Assembly: GCA_023334545.1 (NCBI GenBank)
Contig: JAADVB010000170.1
Span: 1 to 42,056, forward strand
DNA length: 42,056 bases
Direction: 5' to 3'
Origin: Salisapilia sapeloensis CBS 127946
Lineage: Eukaryota; Protista; Oomycota
Positions 10,230 through 20,156 of the stretch are shown piece by piece. The position numbers and the translations under genes are program-made. Position 1 is the first letter of the stretch, and each line of letters begins with the position of its first letter. The notes under the pieces are model-generated. The model did no database searches, was not told the origin of the DNA, and was given only the letters and a program-made list of their open reading frames with translations.

Positions 10230-11447
10230 TTAAAGGATACAGCTACCCTTGGGTGTATGCATGATCTGCGCATTCTCATTCGCGTGCATCGTGCTCTGAA
10301 TGTTCACCGGCGTCTTCTCCTCATTTTCCAACTGCTTCTTCTTCTTACGGATACCAACGACAGCACCCACCGCCAAGACACAGGCACCTCCGAGTGTACC
10401 AAGGACAATCGACGTTGTGCCGTCCGATTTCTTACCCTCACTCTGTGTGTTGGCTTCGTACACGCCGCCGACACTGCCATCATTAGATGGCTCCGGAGTA
10501 GAGGCACCAGCGTTGTTCGATTCTGGCGTGGAGTCACCAGCGTTGCTCGTTTCCGAGTTTACGCCAGCATAGTCAGCTTCACCCGCGACTTCCTTCGGAG
10601 ACTGGGAAGTAGGAGCAGGCGTCGCCTCGTTACCACTGTATTCGTTGATCGATACACGTCCGTAAGGACTGGAGTTTTCTGCTCCCGCCGTCGAATCCTC
10701 CGAAGTCGAATTGCTCATGGATCCAACCGCCGATGCATTCGAAGACTCAGATGCCGAGGCATCCGACGATTCCGAAGCTGGTGCATCACTCGACGCTTCA
10801 GTCGGAGGATCCGTGGGTGCCTCAGTCGGAGCTTCGGTCGGAGCTTCCGTGGGTGCCTCAGTCGGAAAGAGTGATGGGATGAGCGGAATGGAAGGGAGGT
10901 CTGGAAGGGAAGGCGAAGGAGCATCACCGCCAGATCCATCCGGACAGAACGTCACTGTGAAATCCGTGCCTTTCGGGCAGGAGTGTGTCTTTGTGTCGTC
11001 CTTTGGAAACTGGTAAGCATCTGGGCACCCGTCCTCCATGCAAGTCAGAGTGACGCAGCGGTGGTTATCCGTCTTAGAAGGAGCGATGCGCATGGGCTTG
11101 TTGAATCCAACGCCACCGGTGAAGGCCTTGCACTCCTCCAGGGATGGGCAGTACTCTGGTCCGGACTTGGGGCCAGTCGGGATGATGCTAATGTCGTACC
11201 AGCAGCCTCCGTTCGCAGAGAATTCCGCTAGAGTAGCTTGAGCGTTCTTGCCAGCACGATAGGTGTGCGAGTGCCCGTCGGCAGTGATTTCCTTGGTACA
11301 GCTTGCGCCTGACGCCAAAGGCTCAGTCGTGTGGGAATCGAAGAGCTCAATGTCTTCACCACATTCGTTCTTGAACGAAACGCTGAAAGCGTTGGCTTGG
11401 TACGCTGAAGCAGCGGCCACGACCGCAAAGACGAGTCCAGTTTTCAT
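10230..11447 (-). CDS. Thaumatin-like protein with mucin stalk and C-terminal transmembrane anchor (405 aa)
   Basis: Signal peptide; VSFKNEC, ATLAEF, WYDIS, GFNKPM and CPDAYQFPKDD thaumatin motifs; PTEA stalk; TM helix IVLGTLGGACVLAVGAVVGI followed by RKKKK. Confidence 0.9.
   Translation of the reverse strand: MKTGLVFAVVAAASAYQANAFSVSFKNECGEDIELFDSHTTEPLASGASCTKEITADGHSHTYRAGKNAQATLAEFSANGGCWYDISIIPTGPKSGPEYCPSLEECKAFTGGVGFNKPMRIAPSKTDNHRCVTLTCMEDGCPDAYQFPKDDTKTHSCPKGTDFTVTFCPDGSGGDAPSPSLPDLPSIPLIPSLFPTEAPTEAPTEAPTEAPTDPPTEASSDAPASESSDASASESSNASAVGSMSNSTSEDSTAGAENSSPYGRVSINEYSGNEATPAPTSQSPKEVAGEADYAGVNSETSNAGDSTPESNNAGASTPEPSNDGSVGGVYEANTQSEGKKSDGTTSIVLGTLGGACVLAVGAVVGIRKKKKQLENEEKTPVNIQSTMHANENAQIMHTPKGSCIL
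10794..10865. repeat. Coding tandem repeat, six 12-bp units (PTEA)
   Basis: Minus strand reads PTEA PTEA PTEA PTEA PTDP PTEA. Confidence 0.85.
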
Positions 11448-11520
11448 GGTCTTCTAAGGTAGTTTCAAAGCGATTCACAATGTACGCCGTGGCGTAGAGC
11501 TCGCGATTCGGAGGAAGGGC

Positions 11521-11536
11521 GAAAAAGTGTAAATGC
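11521..11536 (-). promoter_or_regulatory. Probable Inr+FPR core promoter of the thaumatin gene
   Basis: Minus strand GCATTTA-CA-CTTTTTC: exact FPR, Inr with two mismatches, about 75 nt upstream of the ATG at 11447. Confidence 0.5.
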
Positions 11537-12185
11537 GACCAGAGTTTCATGTGGCGACGAGACAACTTGGTACCAGACGAAGATCACAATGGCATGAGGA
11601 TAAGTAATGAAGTCGGCAGGAGCTACGGTCAGAACTTCCATAAATGATTATTGTGGTCGAAGGCGTCAGTAGTGTCAATTATCATATTTGACAATTTATC
11701 ACGTTTTAAAGTAGTTTACATCTATGATCAGGCCTATATTATGAGACGGTAATAATATAGACCAATGAGAATCAACGATCGATGGACTCTCGAGTGGAGA
11801 TGGCGCGATTTAAAATCAAGATACTTTGCATGGGAAGCATAAAAAACAATTTTTGAAGACAAAATGATACTACGCCTCCTACGGAAGATCGGCAAAGTGT
11901 AGATGGCTAGGATAGACGGGTTATTAATGAAAAAGGTGGCTAAGTCTATCAAGCCTGCCCTGCTTGTCGGTCAAGTATCATGTTAGGCAGTTTTGATCCA
12001 TCTTTACTATAGAAAATCTCTAGTGAACAAAATGCTGAATTCAAAATGTACTGATTTTGATCAGTTATTGCGTCATATCATATTTTGGAGGATAAAGTAT
12101 GGGAGGGAAGGCTGTACCGATTCCGGAGAGACTGGAGCTTTGAGTGTGTCAATCGTCTGAACGCGAAATTGCAAGGCACTCGCTA

Positions 12186-12488
12186 CTGCCACAAATGTTC
12201 GCAGCGTTTATGCTTAAGCATAGGTTAATTCCAGCCAATGGTCACGGTTTCATCGCAGAGCTGTGATGACTGTGTCCAAAAGTCGACACCTCTACTATGC
12301 TACGGTGCTCCAGAGACTCAAACAAAGCTCCTTTTGCCCGAACTGCCTTCGGCCTTGTAGCATAATGCCGACGTCTGCTACCCTACGACGGGCCTACTCT
12401 CTCTATGCACTCAGAAATATGTAAAAGTGGTGAATTTTGCCAAGTTACTGTCAGTAATACGCATAAACGCTACGAATATTTGTGGCAG
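12186..12488. mobile_element. 303-bp element bounded by 28-bp inverted repeats (MITE-like or fold-back remnant)
   Basis: ctgccacaaatgttcgcagcgtttatgc (12186-12213) versus the reverse complement of 12461-12488, ctgccacaaatattcgtagcgtttatgc: 26/28 identical. No clear target-site duplication. Confidence 0.45.
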
Positions 12489-15232
12489 CAGACAGTTTCA
12501 ATTTGGCAATGTGACGACAGACTTCAAAGCTACTTCAAGAACCGAAGAGACTACCGCATCGATGGTGTAGCTTTTCAACTCATTCCACGCTTTCTACTCT
12601 TTGCACGAGATTTTTATTCTTCTGCAACTACGTGTCTCACCAAGATATGCGCCACTTGTCGGATAACGCTTCAATTCAACACCAGCAGCGTTTTTAGCCT
12701 TTGGTAGTGGAAGAAGCTTCAAGTACGAAGTCGTGAATTCCCACTTCATTCTCATTGCAATGCATGCTCGTTAAAAGGTTTTCGATTGTACTCGTATGAT
12801 CATGCTACTGGCACAAAAATCAATTGAGTCAAAGGTCAGAAAGGTCTTGCTAGATGTCAAGGTCAATCAAACGCTTGAGGCAAGTGGTGTCTGTATGCTT
12901 TGAAATTGCTTCAGGTGTCGCTTCGATTGACGCCTTACTTCATCCTATCCTATCCTACACCACATTTGTTTTATCAGCTAATGCATTCAGCTTGGAAAAC
13001 TGGATGTGTGCGACCGCATGCATTTACGATAAATCCATCGCATCACCATGAGCTCTTTTCAGCACAAACTCATCCGGTCAAGTACATCCCGTTGGAAGGG
13101 TTAAAAACTGACAGCGATGTCAAAATTACTACTTGGTAACTGCTGATTCAATATGTACAAGTATAGGAAGTGCTACACTGTGCTATAACGATGCTGAGCG
13201 TATATGGTATAGGCAGGATGGGATTGGGCTATGGTCTAAGTTGGCTTTGACTAGCAGTGTGCAAATGCATTCATGATGAAATTCAAGCAAACATATTGAT
13301 TTGAGTACCGAGGATATCCCAGTGGCTAATGTTTCCTAGGAGAGCAAATGCATCAGTTTTAAGTGTCAGAGAAGACGCATGCAACGAATTGAGAAATCTG
13401 CCTTCGAAACTTTTAAAGTACAAAACATCCAATTTATCCGAATATAATTTTGTTTGTCTGAGAAAGTTTTGATAAAACTTGAGCTTATTTGTTGTTTGGC
13501 TCTTTGGTTATACAAGTCCTTTGACGGATAGACGTCGTAGATCTGAACAGGATTTTATATCAGCGAGGAAAACACTTGCTTCACAAGCTCCACAATCAAC
13601 AACTTACCCAAGTTTGAGATTATCTGCGTTGGATAGTTAATCCATCTGCGTTGTGATGCATTGTGGATGAATATGCGATCCGCAGGTTGCTGGTGCAAGC
13701 TCTTCATCCTTCGCATTTATGCATGTGAATTGCTCATGTCTTCGTCACTCATCCATATATAGTAATATGCTCAAATAATTAAACTTGCGTGCGGAGCGTG
13801 TGCCTTCGAAAGCAATACAATTCTGTGCAAGACGCAAGTCGTTATCTTCGAAGCAAATGCAATGAAGGCGCCAAAGGCGGTATGCCAATTATCATACATA
13901 TAAAATCAACGTACTCTGGGAACCTGGATGATGCGAGATACGAATGAAGCATCCAACAATATATGAGCATGCTTCGATGAGTGAGATATAATCTATCTTT
14001 GCGCAAACTTGAGAGTTTTTAAGGTTTCAGATAAGCTTCCGATTTGATAGACTTGGCACGCGACTAGACTACCATAAGCGATTATTGAGTCAGAGTACTT
14101 GCAAGCTACATACGTGTAGATTGTCGTCCAATTTAAAGCTTGCACAACACTGTATGTACAGGCTAGCGGATGACACAGGCAATTCGCGTGCCGAGCCTGT
14201 GAAACAACCGGTCTTGGTCAGAGGATACCAATCAAGCATTCTTCATTGCTTCGACCAAAAGCTCAGTCAAATTGGAAGGCTTGCAGTATAAAAGCTTATC
14301 GCCGCAGAAAAGAAAGCGTCCATTAAAGTTATTGTCGGAATCTATAACATGCCAGTAAAGGGATTAAAGGATTTCGTATACCTTTAGTGCATTGAAATCT
14401 GTGCCAATGGAAGGTAGAAATTCTTGCTCTGGCTCGAAATGACTAACTGAGTTTCCACAGTATCCATCTATCTCTCAAATTTACCAGTGCAAGCAGTCCA
14501 AATGAATGAGTGTATCACCGGCTGATGGAACGACTCCTTTATACTTCCAGCTCAAATATTTGTATTCGTCGTACATAATGCTTTGACGCAAGCCGGACTT
14601 CAATAATAATCTTTTGCATTCCCTAGATTACTTCTTGACAATGACCCCCGCCCCCAATGCTCATTGGAGCGGACATGCTGCAAAGCTTTTGCAAGTGTCG
14701 ACAAGCACAGATAACGGACAGCGCGTACGACCAGAAGTCCATTTTGTCTCCTAAATGGGCATTTACAACTTCAATAGATTCGTTTTAGCGATCAACTACT
14801 TGACCACTGCATTTCGATCGAAACCAAGGAAGGATATAAACCTGGTGATCCAACACAATCCGGTGTCGCAAATGCCATTATAGCTCGAATCGCTTTGCGA
14901 CGTCGACTTCCGCTTTAAACATTAATAAGCAGGCCCATTTTCGATATGGCCATTTCGATAAATTAAAACTTACTGGATCATTCAATTTTGCGACCGATAG
15001 TCTGCCTTGCTAGGCCCGAAGCATTCTCAAAGTAGAATGGACAACCTTTGCATTTTCGATGCTTTTCAAGGTATTTCGTTGTCCTTATAACCGCTTGTCA
15101 ACGAAAAAGGTCAGCAAAGCTATCACAGGAAAGTTATTCTAAATGAAGGATCACGTTTCACGCATCTAAAATAGACCAGAGGAGACTGAATGCTACAAAT
15201 AACATCTTTCACTTACCACTACCACAAGAAGG

Positions 15233-15691
15233 ATGACACAGCGCTTGACTGAGGAAGAACTTGCAGAGTTTCGTGAGATTTTCAACCTAGTAGATCGAGA
15301 TCGAGGAGGCTCTATTACGAAAGTCGAACTGGGGGAATTGATGGAGACTTTGGGCATCAACACGTCTCCGGAAGAAATTGATCTGATGATTAACGAAATT
15401 GATCAGGACAGCAACGGTGAAATTGACTTTGAAGAATTTGTCGCGGTGATGTCGCGCAAAGTGAACGCGACATACTCGTCGGACCAAGTGAAGAACGCAT
15501 TTAGAACATTTGAAGGAAACGGGTCAGCTCCAGGATTTATTAAAGCAGACCGATTGATGATAGCTTTGACTACTTACGGAGCGGACAAAATTTCCGTTGA
15601 GCAGGCACAAGAGCTTATCAATCAAATGGAACCTGACCAGAATGGGAATATCAATTATGTCGAGTACGTGAGCATGATGATGGCAGAATAG
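15233..15691 (+). CDS. Calmodulin-like EF-hand protein (152 aa), not canonical calmodulin
   Basis: EF loops DRDRGGSITKVE, DQDSNGEIDFEE, a degenerate third loop and EPDQNGNINYVE; the start LTEEELAEFREIF is calmodulin-like. Confidence 0.9.
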   Translation: MTQRLTEEELAEFREIFNLVDRDRGGSITKVELGELMETLGINTSPEEIDLMINEIDQDSNGEIDFEEFVAVMSRKVNATYSSDQVKNAFRTFEGNGSAPGFIKADRLMIALTTYGADKISVEQAQELINQMEPDQNGNINYVEYVSMMMAE

Positions 15692-16238
15692 CTTTCACAA
15701 GTATCGCCGACGTTGAATTGTTTTTGTTGGTATTGCAAGGAGTGGATACATCTAGATGGATTGAAATAAAAGCTTGGCTTTACTGAGACCACATATGATC
15801 TTGCATTAGGTAGTTGCTGGCATGAAGTATCCTAGACAAACTTACCTTAAAGAGAAAAACGTAAGTCTTCATGTGACTTTGCACTGGAAAGCACGTACAG
15901 CGAACCACCCCAACGAAACCTATGGACATGGTCTGTAGACGCTAGTTGACAAGGCGAAAGACGAATAGGTTTCGATAACAGATTTTCGATACTGCTTTCG
16001 CAATAAGAGATAAACATGATGATGAGATTAGTTTCGATTGCACATACAATGGCAATCACCCACAGGAATAAGATGTGGAATGGCAGCCAGCACACATGTT
16101 TGTAAAGCTACTTGATCAAACAAGTCTCATCTCCGGCTCTAATAGCCGACGTGAGCTTCTTGTTCATCCTACCTTGCGTAATCTTCGTAATGGAGGTGTA
16201 CTTTGATTTCATGTCGAGCGCTACCGTACATCTTCAAG

Positions 16239-16266
16239 TAGATGACCGCGATGTCGCGGTCATCTA
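16239..16266. repeat. Perfect 13-bp inverted repeat with a 2-nt spacer
   Basis: TAGATGACCGCGA-TG-TCGCGGTCATCTA. Confidence 0.9.
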
Positions 16267-16391
16267 ATGAGTCATTATCTTATCATTTCACCACGCGCTT
16301 GCACTAGTTTAGACCCAACGCATCAAACGACAGATGATCAGTCGACTGCAAGACCTTCATTCGGACCCGTATTTGGATCCATTTCGTCCCT

Positions 16392-16679
16392 ATGATGCTT
16401 ACCTCTCGACTCCTTTCGTACCAAAGCTCATTCCTTAAATTACTAAACACTTCCAACACCATCTTCTCCAGTTATCACAAGATGCGGTCATCCGAGTGCA
16501 CTTCCGAACCGTCCAAGTCCTTCCTATCTAAATTGAAACTTGTCAAGACAAGTCCATCAGTACCTCCTGAGCCGAATCAAACAAAGGAGACATCCAAGTC
16601 GAGTCCATCGAAAGCGACATACAAGCCAAGTCCGAAGAAGCCTTCGACATCCCATGAAGCTCTCGCGCATTTCGGATAA
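16392..16679 (+). CDS. Possible small Ser/Lys/Pro-rich protein (doubtful)
   Basis: 95-codon ATG ORF containing an in-frame 54-nt GTACCA..CTCCAG intron-like segment. No family motif. Confidence 0.2.
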   Translation: MMLTSRLLSYQSSFLKLLNTSNTIFSSYHKMRSSECTSEPSKSFLSKLKLVKTSPSVPPEPNQTKETSKSSPSKATYKPSPKKPSTSHEALAHFG

Positions 16680-16777
16680 GGCCACCAAATCTTCGTACCA
16701 CACGTAAACCCAAACGAATGAAAAAAGGAATTCCATTGCCATAAACCAAAGCTATAAGAAGTAAACTTCCATGCGAT

Positions 16778-18073
16778 CTACTGGTTCTTGCACTCTGGAG
16801 GTTTCTCCGCGCCACCCTTGTTGGTGCGCTTGCTGCGTCGCACTCGCTCCACAGGCTCATCTCCTTCCTCATCCTCCGACTCGTCCTCCTCTTCGTCTTC
16901 ATAATCTTCGTCTTCATAGTCCGAGTCTTCCTCCACGGCCTCACCGGTGAACCAGAGGAGCGCCTGCGGGATGATCGTCTCGTGGATCGTGAAACCAATC
17001 TCAAAGTCAGCGCTCAATTGGCGCATAATCAGCTCGTTCTGTTCATCGTCGTCATCCTCCGGCATCTCGGCAGGAGCAAAGAACTGGAAGAAACTGTCGC
17101 AAGCCTCCGTCTTGCTCACGACACGCGTGGCGCTGGCGTCGCCCTTGGCTTTTTGCTTAACCTTGCGCGTCGTTTCACACAAGTTCTTGCCATCCTTCCA
17201 CTCAATGACCGTGCCTTGGACATTACGAAGGACAGCTTCACCGGCGTCACTGGCATCACCAATGTCATACTCCTTCGTGAGCGTCGTGTTGGTAAAGTAC
17301 GGATTCGTAGCGAATTCAAACGTCAGTTTAAAGCCATTGTCTTCGGCATGGCTTTCCGAACGAACGTCGACGAGGTACTCAAAGGCCGGAAGGTCTTGTT
17401 CATGAATGAGATCCGCAAGCACCGAGTGGTTGAGGAAAGCTCGGAGCCAGAAACCTGGGACACCCTTGATTTCCGAGCTCGAAGCCGTCTCCACATCCTT
17501 CTTACCCGCAACGTACTCGGCACGCTCGGCGTATAGAGGCTGGTACTTTTTCTCGTACTTCAGTTCCAATTGCTTGCGTTCCTTTTCAAACTCTTCTTCG
17601 ATCTCAGCATGTTTGTCCTAATGACAGGTACTAAAGTAAGTTTCCACTGCCTTGTATGAAGAGATAGAGGACTGGAAGAAGACGTGCATGTCATTCTATC
17701 GATTGATATAGGTTTGCATCTTTTCAATGGAAAAGACTGTACTCGATAGAAATGTTGCTGCACACGTTCTCTCCAGTAAAATAGAAAGAAAGAGAGAAAA
17801 GCGCATTCGTGCACGTGTGGGATATAGTATCCACCAGATGAATACACCTTTATACATCGAATTAAGTCATACCTGGAGAAGACGAAGGGCTTCAATACGT
17901 GCCTGCACGTCCTTGGGGAGACGCGCGATGACCTCGGCAGGGTCTTCGACGTCGAGGTCGCCGAGCTGCTGACGGAGCTGCGACATCATGGCGCTCTCGC
18001 CTTCAACAGGCTGGAAACCACGTCCGTCGCCACTGTCGACTTCCACTTGGTCCTGAGGTGTGTTGTCTGCCAT
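16778..18073 (-). CDS. NAP1: Nucleosome assembly protein 1 (346 aa, 2 exons)
   Basis: Exons 18073-17873 (MADNTPQD..RLLQ) and 17617-16778; 255-nt GTATGA..TTAG intron, phase 0. Motifs KYEKKYQPLY, GVPGFWL, FEFATNPYFTN, SFFQFF, IIPQALLWFTGEA, acidic tail, C-terminal PPECKNQ. Confidence 0.95.
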
Positions 18074-18280
18074 CTTGTTCGTCCTCGGAGTAAAAATGAG
18101 TTGTGCCGCCTCGATTGAATGGATACAGGTCTGGCTCAGAGGTATTGCTACCAGTCGCCCTTCTTTTCCAATCTCATCGGACATTATACATACATAATAC
18201 AAGATAAAATGTCCTGTAATATGAAAAACGAGACAAAAGGGCTTGAACCCTCCCCTGTCAAACGTGGTTTTTAGTCGAAG
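18074..18280. promoter_or_regulatory. 207-bp bidirectional promoter region between NAP1 and HDAC1
   Basis: Head-to-head ATGs at 18073 and 18281; CCAAT at 18168-18172; minus-strand Inr TCATTTT at 18099-18093. Confidence 0.6.
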
Positions 18281-19813
18281 ATGGGTCCAACGTCCAGGAG
18301 CAATGGGGGCACGAGCGTCTCGTTCGCGAATGCACCTGTCGTCAAGCGCAAAGTCGCCTACTTTTATGACCGTATACTCTCTTCTTCTAAGACTTTTTAA
18401 TCTTTCGTATTCACCATCCTGTTCATACGTCCCTCGACTTGTTCTTATTATGCTCAGAGGATATTGGGAATTACCACTATGGGCCAAGTCATCCCATGAA
18501 GGTACTGCTGTCTATAGCATAAATACTTGTATCTCTATTCCTATACATATATCCTAGCCACATCGTGTACGCATGGCGCATAACTTGATCGTCAACTACG
18601 GTCTGACTGCCCACATGCAAATCTACGTACGTCCGATCTAGTATCTACTCGCTCTCATGATAAACCAGTGTCTAGCGTCCTCGACTCGTCGCGCCAGAAG
18701 AACTCACTCGCTTCCACTCAGACGACTACATCCAATTCCTGCGACTCATCACACCAGACAACATGCACCACTACATTCGCCAGCTCCAGCGTTTCAACGT
18801 CGGAGAGGACTGTCCTGTCTTCGACGGCGTCTTCGAGTTCTGTCAACTCTACGCCTCTGCCAGTATCGCAGGCGCCGCCAGACTTAACGCTCAGACCTCT
18901 GATATAGCCATCAACTGGAGCGGAGGTCTCCATCACGCCAAACGCTCCGAAGCGTCCGGCTTTTGCTACGTAAACGACTGTGTCCTCGGCATCCTCGAGC
19001 TCTTAAAGACACACGCTCGGGTATTATACATTGACATTGACATCCATCACGGAGACGGTGTCGAAGAAGCATTTTACACCACCAACAGAGTCATGACTTG
19101 CTCCTTCCACAAGTACGGAGAGTACTTTCCTGGTACAGGTACGGCCTCTCTCTCTCTCCCTACGCGTCGATGCTAACACGACTACAGGCGACGTCACGGA
19201 CGTCGGCACAGGAAAAGGAACCAACTATGCTGTCAACTTACCCTGTCGAGACGGCATGGACGACGAAAGCTTTACTCTCATCTTCCGGAGCGTCATCTCG
19301 AGAATCATGGAACGCTTTGCCCCGTCTGCTGTCGTCCTCCAGTGCGGCACGGACTCCATCTCTGGCGATCGCCTCGGGTGCTTCAACCTAAGCGTCAAGG
19401 GCCATGCCGACTGCGTGGCGTACGTCAAGAGCTTCCACCTCCCGACACTCGTCTTAGGTGGAGGTGGGTACACGCTCCGGAATGTTGCTCGAGGCTGGTG
19501 CTACGAGACGTCTGTCCTCACGGGTGTTGACGTCCCGGACGCCATGCCTTATAACGATTACTTTGAGTACTATGGACCAGAGTACCGGCTCCATCTACCT
19601 GTGAGCAACATGGAGAATCTAAACACGCCGTCGTACTTGCACGAGATGCGACAGGTGCTGGAGAAACAGCTCAATCAAGTGGAGCCTGTGCCGAACGTTC
19701 CGTTTCATCACGTCCCGCCGACGATGGAGATGGAGGAAGAGGAGAAGGACGAGAGACGAGGCCGTGACATGGCAAGACCCATGCACCCGTCCGAGTTCTA
19801 CCAAGAGTACTAG
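18281..19813 (+). CDS. HDAC1: Class I histone deacetylase, RPD3/HDAC1-2 type (430 aa, 5 exons)
   Basis: Exons 18281-18371, 18458-18501, 18558-18626, 18676-19138, 19188-19813; introns 86, 56, 49, 49 nt, all GT-AG. Splicing restores [25 protein letters not shown] and FPGTGDV. Catalytic motifs [21 protein letters not shown] and GGGGY are intact. Confidence 0.95.
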
Positions 19814-20156
19814 AAGACGAGAACTAAATACAAATGCTTTCAAATGGCAAGACAGTGCCGCTCCTAGACCCAAGTAGCATGTAAGAGGCAGATAAAGATC
19901 TGTTCGGAACTAGTCTCCAGTCGAGTACATGTACGATAACAACCTCTATAAAATAGGTTTGGCGAGTACAAAGGCAAGAAGCTGGTAAGAAGCTGTGCTT
20001 GTCTGTATCATGATCGACAAGTCTGTGTGGCATCAAGGTAGCATCATTCTCCACTTTATCCTGGTCTTTCGCGTACCTCAAGTTCGTGTGGAGATTGGAC
20101 GTCTGTGATAGAAAAGAAAGAAAGTGAAATTCGGTATTTGAAAGTAAAGAGCGCGC

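Noticed and set aside
10230-10250. Thaumatin C-terminus GSCIL as a CaaX box
   Set aside because: The Cys is third from the end, not fourth.
12061-12230. TRYCHKCSQRLC, resembling a piggyBac C-terminal Cys-rich domain
   Set aside because: Short stop-bounded frame without ATG, only half the Cys pattern, no transposase core nearby, and it coincides with one arm of the inverted repeat.
12263-13279. C-box-like RTGATGA motifs at 12263 and 13273 as snoRNA candidates
   Set aside because: No CTGA D box or terminal stem seen at a suitable distance.
15847-16212. Minus-strand frame with the GPCR-like motif CWLPFHI and one in-frame TAG
   Set aside because: Only one short motif, no other 7TM helices, no in-frame splice that removes the stop; probably chance.
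17867-18487. 206-aa ORF as a long N-terminal NAP1 exon
   Set aside because: Starts at TTG and overlaps HDAC1 exons 1-2 on the other strand; only the part from MADNT (18073) is credible.
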